64,000 nt of DNA from a virus (taxonomy: Duplodnaviria > Caudoviricetes), in the IMG/VR virus record IMGVR_UViG_3300025018_000093; one strand, 5' to 3'. This document shows positions 57,077 to 64,000 of the stretch, in pieces. The notes below the pieces were generated by a model. The model ran no database searches and had not been told where the DNA came from. It was given only the letters and a program-made list of their open reading frames with translations. Position 1 is the first letter of the stretch. Each line of letters begins with the position of its first letter. A program made the position numbers and the translations under genes.

Positions 57077-59212
57077 CTACCACTGTTGAATGACTTGTTC
57101 TGTCAGCTCTCTGGAGGTCAGCTCCGGGGAGTTCAGAAGAAGCCTCCGCGCTAATGGTACAATTCGACCCCGTTCTTTAGCCTCCAGGCCCAGTCTCTCG
57201 ATGATTTGCATGTTATCCACCGGGGGCTTCTGGAGCTTCTCCAGATAGGCATTGGCTTCGTCCTCTGCCATGGGAGCAAGGAGGCTGCGAACCTGCTTTC
57301 TTTGCTGTGCCGTGAGAAAGGATAGTGGGGTTCGCACAGGCATACCCCGGTCTAGGATGTCCAAGAGAAGTGACTTGTATCGGGGACTCGACAATTCCCG
57401 CGAAAGATACGCGGAGAAGCCTGGGTTCTCCCCAATCATTTCGGAAATAACGTCCAAGATCCCTAGCTCGTCCATCAAGTCCAACATCTTCGAGGCATTC
57501 GATTGCATGAGGATGTTGTGCACCAGGATGCTCGCGATGGCCTCGTAAGGCATTCGCTTCATCTTGGGAGCGTGCTTCCGCAGCGCAGCCTCGGTCTTGG
57601 GTGTCATTTGGAACCCGTAGCGACCGATGAATTTGATGGCCCGCAGGATGCGACTGGGATCATCCGAGAAGGTTTGATTGGGATCGGAGGGGCATTGCAT
57701 ACGACGCTCTGTCAAGTCCCGGAGTCCGCAACCTGTCAAGTCGATAATCTCCGCCTTCTCTGGCCCGTCCACCAAGTCGAATAGCCGCCACATCAAGCTG
57801 TTCCACGTAAATTCTCTGCGACGCACATCATCTTCAATGGTTGCCTGGGAGACTTCCGTGGGTTTGTATCCCTTTCCACCTTCGCCTTTGCCGTAGCTTT
57901 CTGTCCGAGCGTTGGCCACCTCGATGACTTCACCTCGTAGGTTCTCCCCTTCTAGCTCCCAGTCCCCTTTCACGCTCAGGATGGCCACCCCATACTGATT
58001 GGTTGTCACAGTTGTGGGTGTGGGTATCTTGTGGGACACCAGCTTCGCAAAGTCTCCGGAGTCCATACCTGCTCGCACGCTGTCTATCACCACGTCAATG
58101 TCCTTGATTGGCTTGCGGAGAATGAAGTCTCGCACCGCTCCCCCGACTACATAGACATGCTTGGCGATCCTGGCCTCCCGTGCGATTGCGGAGAGAAACT
58201 TCATGAGAGCGATGGACCGCTTGTGTTCCTTGGATTCCAGGTACCGGGTAGCCACTCGCACAGAAGAGGGTCCGAGTTGAAAGTAGAACCGCTGCCCGTT
58301 TGAGATCCCAACGGTGCCGGACAGGACAGGACCATTGACTTTGCGAAAGCCCCGGGCTAGCAGTTTGTTTGCTTCTTTGGGGCTCGCTCCTTCCGTGGCT
58401 ACCGTGACGTGCGGAACGTCGTTGTCCACAGGAAGTCCTCCTGGGTCCACAGCGACGACTTGTAGGCTTTCATCTGAGGCGATCCCTGTGACCTTGACTT
58501 GGGCCTTGGCACCAATGGGAAGCGCTTCTAGTTCCTCCGGCGTGAGGCGGAACTTCATTGTCATGTGGTTAGCCCAGGCCGTGGGGAGAACACCTCCGAT
58601 ATCCTGCACCCACCACTGCAGCAATGTCTTAGGATTGTCGAGAACCAGACCTACGTACACTGCTTGCTTCACATCCGGGAGTTGCCCAAGGTCTTGCGGT
58701 CCACAGTTTACCTCTGCGGGTTTGGACCTCACAGGGTGCGCGCGAACCTCGTAGCCAGCTCGCTGAAGCATCTGGGCGTAGCTCTGTAGCAAGTCGCGTT
58801 GGTCATCCCACAATTCTACCTCAGACACGAACGGGAACTTGCTCAGAGTGTCACGAAGCACCTTTCGTTTGAAGGCTCCCGTGGATTCCAACCCCCCTCT
58901 AGGGTTCAAGTGGACCTCGTCGAAATCGAGATTGGCACCTCGCAGAATTTCGGGTATCCGCCATCGAAAGATTCTGTCGCTGCGCCCGGTGCAGAGAATG
59001 GCATAGGTGTTTGGGTCTGCGATGGCTCTTCGAGCTTCCTGAAGTACGGAATTGACCCACCACTCGGATCCCGGTCGAAGGGGAACGCAGGGTGGGCTCA
59101 AAGACAGATCATCCACATACCAACCGCGCTCATACCAGGGGGGAGGAGCGGGCGAGCGAAACAGAGTACCGTCGAAGTCGAACATTGCTAGCGTGGGCAT
59201 TACCACCTCCAT
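57077..59212 (-). CDS. Three-domain RNA end-repair protein: HAD phosphatase + 2H phosphoesterase + tRNA nucleotidyltransferase (CCA/poly(A) polymerase family)
   Basis: FDFDGTLF..LCTGR..LWDD (HAD); NHMT and PHVT (2H); VYVVGGAVRD...KDID, DDVRRREFT.N, FSDDPSRILRAIKF (class II NTase). Confidence 0.88.
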   Translation of the reverse strand: MEVVMPTLAMFDFDGTLFRSPAPPPWYERGWYVDDLSLSPPCVPLRPGSEWWVNSVLQEARRAIADPNTYAILCTGRSDRIFRWRIPEILRGANLDFDEVHLNPRGGLESTGAFKRKVLRDTLSKFPFVSEVELWDDQRDLLQSYAQMLQRAGYEVRAHPVRSKPAEVNCGPQDLGQLPDVKQAVYVGLVLDNPKTLLQWWVQDIGGVLPTAWANHMTMKFRLTPEELEALPIGAKAQVKVTGIASDESLQVVAVDPGGLPVDNDVPHVTVATEGASPKEANKLLARGFRKVNGPVLSGTVGISNGQRFYFQLGPSSVRVATRYLESKEHKRSIALMKFLSAIAREARIAKHVYVVGGAVRDFILRKPIKDIDVVIDSVRAGMDSGDFAKLVSHKIPTPTTVTTNQYGVAILSVKGDWELEGENLRGEVIEVANARTESYGKGEGGKGYKPTEVSQATIEDDVRRREFTWNSLMWRLFDLVDGPEKAEIIDLTGCGLRDLTERRMQCPSDPNQTFSDDPSRILRAIKFIGRYGFQMTPKTEAALRKHAPKMKRMPYEAIASILVHNILMQSNASKMLDLMDELGILDVISEMIGENPGFSAYLSRELSSPRYKSLLLDILDRGMPVRTPLSFLTAQQRKQVRSLLAPMAEDEANAYLEKLQKPPVDNMQIIERLGLEAKERGRIVPLARRLLLNSPELTSRELTEQVIQQW

Positions 59213-59274
59213 CCTGGGAGTGTAGTCATAGTCTCAATAGCGTTTTGATACGCAGGCATTGGTGGGAGGTGTGT

Positions 59275-59808
59275 ATGCCCACGATGTCTGAGTCTGCAAG
59301 GACGGCTATCGCCCGTTTGGCTCCTTCCATGCTGTTACAATACGCTCTGCGTCATGACTTTGTCACAGCTCCAGCTTTGGACTGGGGCTGTGGTCGTGGT
59401 GCTGACGTACAGTGCCTGCGGGAGAGGGGTATTGAGGTGCACGGGTATGATCCTCACTGGCAACCCAACCTCCCCCCACATCGAGATTTCGCTTTCGGAC
59501 AATGCATCTACGTGATGAATGTGCTTCGAGGCACAGAGGAACGTCTACAGAGCCTCCGACAGCTCAAGAGCTACTTGGCTCCTGGAGCGGTACTCTGGGT
59601 GGCTGCCCGGTCGCAGCAGTCCGTGCTGGCAGCGGCCACACGGGGCGCGTGGAGCCCACTGGGTGAGGGATTTATGACCAGCCGTAAGACGTACCAGGAG
59701 GGGTTCACGGACCAGTCCATGCAAGCTCTCCTCGTGTTGGCGGAGTTTTCTGACGTGCAGACAAGCAGCTATCGAGACACCGTGTTTGGGTTTGCTAGCA
59801 ATGGGTAA
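59275..59808 (+). CDS. Class I SAM-dependent methyltransferase
   Basis: ALDWGCGRGADV, GYDPHW, YVMNV..ERL; SD GGGAGG. Confidence 0.8.
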   Translation: MPTMSESARTAIARLAPSMLLQYALRHDFVTAPALDWGCGRGADVQCLRERGIEVHGYDPHWQPNLPPHRDFAFGQCIYVMNVLRGTEERLQSLRQLKSYLAPGAVLWVAARSQQSVLAAATRGAWSPLGEGFMTSRKTYQEGFTDQSMQALLVLAEFSDVQTSSYRDTVFGFASNG

Positions 59809-60289
59809 TCCAAATCCTGTTGGGCGTTGCCCTCAATTGCACCGTGCTTTCGGTGAGTTCAAGTCCCTGCCAGAATGGGCAGTGGACGAGAGGTGCGTCT
59901 GTTCCTACTCTCTGCTCCGAAAACGTGTGGAGGAGAGGGGATGGGAGGTGGTACGGGCGCTGACGCAACCTGCCAGGCAATATCTGAGCAAAGATGTGCG
60001 TCGCCTGCAGCCAAAGAAAAAGCCCAAACCGCAAGGGCACATTGTCTCGGCATGGGGTTTGTCAATGTCGCTTTCGGCATGGGCTGCACAGAGCTACGTG
60101 CCTGTGTCTGTTGCCACTCTCTGGCGTCGCATTGTCAGAGATGGGTGGCCCCCCGAAAAAGCACTCATGTTCAAGCCAGGCGTGCCCTATAGAGTGTCTG
60201 CACCCGCTTCCCCCTGGGACATCTCCCTGGGAGAGTATCTGCAAAGAGGGCTCACCAAGCAGGGTCCCCGCCGTTTCTCGCGTGGCTAG
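59801..60289 (+). CDS. Protein with two copies of the DNA-binding tail motif found on phage HNH endonucleases
   Basis: AFGEFKSLPEWA..LLRKRV.ERGW...RAL.QP and AWGLSMSLSAWA..TLWRRIVRDGW..EKAL; no HNH motif. Confidence 0.6.
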   Translation: MGNPNPVGRCPQLHRAFGEFKSLPEWAVDERCVCSYSLLRKRVEERGWEVVRALTQPARQYLSKDVRRLQPKKKPKPQGHIVSAWGLSMSLSAWAAQSYVPVSVATLWRRIVRDGWPPEKALMFKPGVPYRVSAPASPWDISLGEYLQRGLTKQGPRRFSRG

Positions 60290-60612
60290 CGCTTTCGTTC
60301 CCACTCCAATTCTAGGATGGAGCGCACCGTTGAAATGGTGGTCAACGCCCAAGTTTCTAAGTGCGTGAACAAGCGCGACCTCGAAGTGTCCTCCATGACG
60401 GCCACTGCCAGGTATACCTGGATGTTTCCGATTGCCTCTCCCAGGTAGCGCATCGTGTCCCAGGGATCTCCCTTCGTGAGAGAGGTGTGCGCTCGTTGTA
60501 GAGCCTGCGCTGCCAGAGGGCATTCTATCTCTGTCTCCTGTTGCAGCTCTTGGAGTTCAATGAATGCCTTGGTTCGCAGGCCGATTCTCGCCTCATGCTC
60601 TTTTTTTGACAT
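60286..60612 (-). CDS. Hypothetical helical protein
   Basis: Likely ATG at 60612 (MSKKEHE). Confidence 0.5.
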   Translation of the reverse strand: MSKKEHEARIGLRTKAFIELQELQQETEIECPLAAQALQRAHTSLTKGDPWDTMRYLGEAIGNIQVYLAVAVMEDTSRSRLFTHLETWALTTISTVRSILELEWERKR

Positions 60613-60785
60613 GACTTTCTCCGATGGTTGTCGAAACGCAACGCGCCCCCACACTATACCGTCTGCATCTTTCTTTTGCCGTGTGGTATGGTTTGTTGAT
60701 TTCCCTTGAACCGCATGGGTTCTCGGGGTACAGACGCGGACCTAGCACACTCCAGAGGGTGTGCAATTCACACGGGAGCAGGAAC

Positions 60786-61064
60786 ATGACCAAAGCTGAT
60801 TTCATCAAAGCCATCGCAGAGCAGCACCAGGATCTTTCCAAGTCCAAAGTCGAAAGCATCCTGGACAGTGTCTTCGACACTATTTCCGCCAATCTGGATG
60901 ATGGTGAGAAGGTGACCTGGGCTGGATTTGGAAGTTTTGAGACTTCCAAGCGTGCTGCGCGTCAGGGGCGTAACCCTCAGACAGGGGAAGCTCTGCAGAT
61001 CCCTGCGAGCACCCACGTCAGCTTCAAGATTGGCAAGAAGCTCAAGGACTACTTGAACAGGTAG
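60786..61064 (+). CDS. hup: HU-family DNA-binding protein
   Basis: MTKADFIKAIA...GFGSF....RAARQGRNPQTGE...IPA....F..GK.LK. Confidence 0.97.
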   Translation: MTKADFIKAIAEQHQDLSKSKVESILDSVFDTISANLDDGEKVTWAGFGSFETSKRAARQGRNPQTGEALQIPASTHVSFKIGKKLKDYLNR

Positions 61065-61132
61065 TCGTCGATTGTCTCGCCTACGCCAAACGGGGTCTGG
61101 ACATTTTCCATGATCCCCGCGTAGGACTGTGG

Positions 61133-61438
61133 TTGGGGGTGTACCTCAACCACAGGAGGGACCATGAGGACGCGCATCAAGTTGTACTGGACACCGTAGA
61201 GGGAACCTTCAACGTCGAAGTGAGGGTCTGCGGGGAATATCACCCTGCAACTTGGGGGTGGAATGGGGTTTTTCCCGAGGAGTACCCCGCAGTCAAAGTG
61301 CTCTCTATCCAGGGAGAGCACGAGAATCTTTACACGTTAGAGGAACTCGCCACTCTGCTGGAGAGCACACCCGAAAAGGTGGAAGACCTCATCATGGAGT
61401 TGCTACCAGACCTTCTTGAAGAGGATGCTCCGTTCTGA
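61133..61438 (+). CDS. Acidic hypothetical protein
   Basis: 101 aa ORF; start uncertain. Confidence 0.55.
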   Translation: MGVYLNHRRDHEDAHQVVLDTVEGTFNVEVRVCGEYHPATWGWNGVFPEEYPAVKVLSIQGEHENLYTLEELATLLESTPEKVEDLIMELLPDLLEEDAPF

Positions 61439-61597
61439 TTCCTGGAGTACCTGCCGTCCTAGGCAGTATGCAAAAAGATTCTGATCCCAGCACCAAAGTG
61501 GAGTTGGGTTAGTAAGCCCTTCGAGTGCGTAGGACTCTAGGGCAGTATGCAAAAAAAGATTCTGATCCCAGCACCAAAGTGGAGTTGGGTCAATAAG

Positions 61598-61666
61598 ACG
61601 CTCAAGCCCTGAGCGGAGGTCCCTCGGGATCTCGTGTGGAATTGGGTGTCTGTCAGGGCAGGCACC
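61598..61666 (+). ncRNA. Circularly permuted pistol-like ribozyme, copy 1
   Basis: ACGC-UCAA-G-CCCUGA-GCG, 7-bp P3, GU at 61634-61635, GUGG, linker, P1 GGUGUCUG/CAGGCACC with UCAGGG loop. Confidence 0.75.
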
Positions 61667-61708
61667 GCAGGGAGGCAATCAAGCCTCACACAACCAAGGA
61701 GAATTGCT

Positions 61709-62239
61709 ATGCCGAACGAACCTTATGTGCATCCTACTCCCATCGCCAATCTCGGGGACGCGAACTTTCTGAATTACGGGGGGCGCCTGGTGTTTCCCGG
61801 TGTCTCAGAAGGGGATGAATTCTACATGGAGGCCATCTTGGAGCCCCCGGAGGACTGCGAGGAAGACGAGGAAACGTGGACGGTCTACCGCTTCGACCTG
61901 GAACGTTTCCAGGTCGTGGAAAAGGGCAACCACCTTTACCTCGTCCCAGAGAAATGGGAGGCGCCATGGCCGCACGCTCTCTCGCGGTATGATGAGTGGT
62001 TTCATCAGGACTTGAAAGCTGTCGCGGAGTCCCAGGGCACCACAGTCCAAGAGCTTCGAGCAGCTTTCTGCTCGGAGGATCCTGTGAAGCGAGCCTGGGC
62101 CTGGTGTGCTGTGAGTGACCACCACGGATTCCACGAGCTTTATCCCTTGAGGCTGTCTCAGCACGAGGCCCACAGTCGCTACGGACTCCTGGAGAATTGC
62201 TACTGTGAGTCCTGTGTGCCGTGCCAGGACAACGACTAG
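61709..62239 (+). CDS. Acidic hypothetical protein (cassette gene)
   Basis: SD AAGGAG, ATG 61709; stop abuts the next ribozyme. Confidence 0.75.
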   Translation: MPNEPYVHPTPIANLGDANFLNYGGRLVFPGVSEGDEFYMEAILEPPEDCEEDEETWTVYRFDLERFQVVEKGNHLYLVPEKWEAPWPHALSRYDEWFHQDLKAVAESQGTTVQELRAAFCSEDPVKRAWAWCAVSDHHGFHELYPLRLSQHEAHSRYGLLENCYCESCVPCQDND

Positions 62240-62312
62240 CCGCTCAAGCCCTGAGCGTCCCACCCTGAAGGAGGTGGGGGTGCGGAACGATTTTCAGGCT
62301 GTCAGGGCAGCC
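62240..62312 (+). ncRNA. Circularly permuted pistol-like ribozyme, copy 2
   Basis: CCGC-UCAA-G-CCCUGA-GCG, P3 UCCCACC/GGUGGGG, GU at 62280-62281, GCGG, P1 GGCUG/CAGCC with UCAGGG loop, then A tract. Confidence 0.82.
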
Positions 62313-62396
62313 CGAAAAAAGATTCTGATCCCAGCACCGGAGTGTGGTTGCTGGGGTAGGAGGCAATCTCGCCTCCCGTAACCAATGGAGACAACC

Positions 62397-62747
62397 ATGA
62401 ACTCTGACCAACATCTGCGAACGGTTACCCTCCAGGGGTACGAGCTGACCACCTGGGACACCTACAGGACCGGCGCCTTCAGGGAGTCGATCCTGGGGTA
62501 TCGATTCGCTGCTCCCAGGGGCGAAGTCCTCTTCACGGGGGAGGACTTCTGCTGCTCGCCGCTGCTCGACATCGACAGCGATGAGGCGGTGCGAAGCCTC
62601 CTGGGATTCCTCTGCCTCCGTCCTGGGGACACGGACTCGGAGTACTTCGAGAACTACACGCCAGCACAGCTCGCCTTCGCAGAAGGGGATGCGGAGCAGC
62701 TCTCAATGTACGCCATGGAGGAGGACCCGTTCCCCTTCGACGAGTAG
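62397..62747 (+). CDS. Acidic hypothetical protein (cassette gene)
   Basis: SD GGAG before ATG 62397 (alternative start 62385). Confidence 0.72.
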   Translation: MNSDQHLRTVTLQGYELTTWDTYRTGAFRESILGYRFAAPRGEVLFTGEDFCCSPLLDIDSDEAVRSLLGFLCLRPGDTDSEYFENYTPAQLAFAEGDAEQLSMYAMEEDPFPFDE

Positions 62748-62751
62748 CTAG

Positions 62752-62825
62752 CCGCTCAGGCCCTGAGCGCTCCACCCCTCCTGGGTGGGGGTCGGAACAA
62801 TCCGAGTACCTGTCAGGGCAGGTAC
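62752..62825 (+). ncRNA. Circularly permuted pistol-like ribozyme, copy 3 (one G missing in P2 3' strand)
   Basis: CCGC-UCAG-G-CCCUGA-GCG, 8-bp P3, GU at 62791-62792, CGG, P1 GUACCUG/CAGGUAC with UCAGGG loop. Confidence 0.7.
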
Positions 62826-62833
62826 AATCTGGA

Positions 62834-62857
62834 GTGCCTTCCGGGCACGTCTTTTTT
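62834..62857 (+). terminator. Possible intrinsic terminator
   Basis: GTGCC-TTCCG-GGCAC stem followed by GTC and T6. Confidence 0.5.
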
Positions 62858-63001
62858 GTGGCATAGGATGAGAGGAAGGCACAGCGGGACGCACACTCCT
62901 GCTGTGCAATACTTTGATTTTATTCCATACTTGACGGCAAGATGGTCAAGTTCTCGCAGAGCACCTGCGTTACGGCGGGTGTCCCTCAAAAGGAGAAGAG
63001 G

Positions 63002-63682
63002 ATGCATTTACTCGTATCCGTGCTGCTGTCAATTGTTGCCTACAGCAGTGAAGCCCCGCAAGAGACCTTGGAAGCAGAGATGGAAAGGCAGCTTTTTGTG
63101 CTGCACATGAACCTGGCTGTAGGTCTGCCAGCCGAATATGGCGCCGCATTGTATGATGCAGCTGCAGACAATCAGGTGGACAGATATGAGTTGGCGGCTG
63201 TGCTCATTGCAGAGCATGCCGGACCCGACTACGATTTCTCGCTGGGGAGTGCTAGAAAATACAGGACGCTGAACTTTGATCCCCTGTCTGAGGGCACCTC
63301 GAAAGAGCGAGGTCTGTTTCAAGTCAAGCCCTCGTGGGCAAAGAAAGCTGGGGTGAGCAAGGACGACTTGTTTGACCCAATAGTCAACATCCAAGTCGGG
63401 GCTTTCATCGTCCAGACAAACCAAGCAAAGCATGCCAAAGCATGCGCCTCCTCAAAGTACGTATGGCATTCGTGGTATGCCCACTACACATGCCATCGTC
63501 GGGAGCGGAACAAGCTCCAGGGGTTCTGCCGGTTCAAGCAGTTGCGCTACGAGAAGATATTGCATTCGTTGACAGAAGCCACACCTGATTTCAAAGCCTT
63601 GACGTCTGCATACAAGCTCAATTTGAAGAGGACGCTCAAGCGTGCGCAGAAAGCGTCTGCGGCAATCCCAGAAGAGGAGTAG
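63002..63682 (+). CDS. Lytic transglycosylase (SLT-like) with signal peptide
   Basis: SD AAGGAG; hydrophobic N-terminus; LAAVLIAE (catalytic Glu), RGLFQV, LFDPIVNIQVGA. Confidence 0.75.
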   Translation: MHLLVSVLLSIVAYSSEAPQETLEAEMERQLFVLHMNLAVGLPAEYGAALYDAAADNQVDRYELAAVLIAEHAGPDYDFSLGSARKYRTLNFDPLSEGTSKERGLFQVKPSWAKKAGVSKDDLFDPIVNIQVGAFIVQTNQAKHAKACASSKYVWHSWYAHYTCHRRERNKLQGFCRFKQLRYEKILHSLTEATPDFKALTSAYKLNLKRTLKRAQKASAAIPEEE

Positions 63683-63761
63683 TCCTCCTGTCAGGGCAGC
63701 ACGAAAAAAGATTCTGATCCCAGCACCAAAGTGGAGTTGGGTCAGTAGAGGGGAAGACAAG

Positions 63762-63835
63762 CCGCTCAGGCCCTGAGCGTCCCTGGCCGAAAGGCCAGGG
63801 GGTGTGGAACGAAGTCGTGCTGTCAGGGCAGCACG
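63762..63835 (+). ncRNA. Circularly permuted pistol-like ribozyme, copy 4
   Basis: CCGC-UCAG-G-CCCUGA-GCG, 9-bp P3 with GAAA tetraloop, GU at 63802-63803, GUGG, P1 CGUGCUG/CAGCACG with UCAGGG loop, then AAAAUAA. Confidence 0.85.
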
Positions 63836-63889
63836 AAAATAAATTCTGATCCCAGCACCAAAGTGGAGTTGGGTCTGGAGGTCTAAGCC

Positions 63890-64000
63890 ATGAGTTGGTG
63901 GATTAATGACAGCGAGGACGGATGGCGGTACACCGACCCCGGAAGAAGATGGGCTCCGAAGGAGCCGACGGCGAAGGAAGTCGCGGCCAATAACGCGGTG
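63890..64000 (+). CDS. Start of next cassette gene (truncated by window edge)
   Basis: SD GGAGGT, ATG 63890, open to the end of the window. Confidence 0.6.
   Translation, partial: MSWWINDSEDGWRYTDPGRRWAPKEPTAKEVAANNAV

Larger units (their letters stand above)
61472..63874 (+). repeat. Dispersed intergenic repeat AAAAGATTCTGATCCCAGCACCAAAGTGGAGTTGGGT, 5 copies
   Basis: Core ATTCTGATCCCAGCACC at 61478, 61559, 62322 (variant 3' arm), 63711 and 63843. Confidence 0.92.

Noticed and set aside
61462-61590. Second CRISPR array from the two tandem 48-bp repeats
   Set aside because: The other copies are separated by whole genes, the repeat has variable A tracts and no CRISPR-like end, and the intervening 31 nt is a decayed ribozyme.
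62240-62312. Hammerhead ribozyme reading of CUGAGCG...GGAAC
   Set aside because: The core needs CUGANGA and GAAA; here position 8 is C and GAAA/UH are absent. The pistol consensus fits fully.
63688-63807. Canonical-order pistol using the upstream TCAGGG at 63691 as the P1 loop for copy 4
   Set aside because: That P1 has only 3 bp and a linker of about 58 nt, whereas the downstream P1 has 7-8 perfect bp. Copies 2 and 3 have no upstream P1 at all.

Overview
This window is part of a large (jumbo-type) dsDNA bacteriophage genome, about 55-60% GC by eye and densely coding in the standard genetic code. 1-28 kb is a + strand replication/recombination block: SNF2 helicase, DnaC-like protein, DnaB, stand-alone primase Zn finger, family A DNA polymerase, DNA methyltransferase, thymidine and dTMP kinases, and a giant UvrD. 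28-47 kb is an accessory/conflict region: TnpB remnant, ADP-ribosyltransferase-like proteins, tail-fibre-like protein, amidase, DHH phosphoesterase, WGR-PARP, metallophosphoesterase and ADP-ribosylglycohydrolase. It is followed by an orphan 4-repeat CRISPR array, a split NAD-dependent DNA ligase, an AAA+ ATPase, SET, NUDIX and ParB-like proteins, a three-domain HAD/2H-phosphoesterase/CCA-adding enzyme, and HU. Five inteins sit in four NTPases. The most striking signal is in the last 2.5 kb: four intergenic elements carry the conserved core of pistol self-cleaving ribozymes with compensatory base changes, but in circularly permuted order (P1 lies 3' of the cleavage site). Together with a 5-copy hairpin repeat they punctuate an array of single-gene cassettes. 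All protein calls come from motif recognition by eye; no database searches were run.
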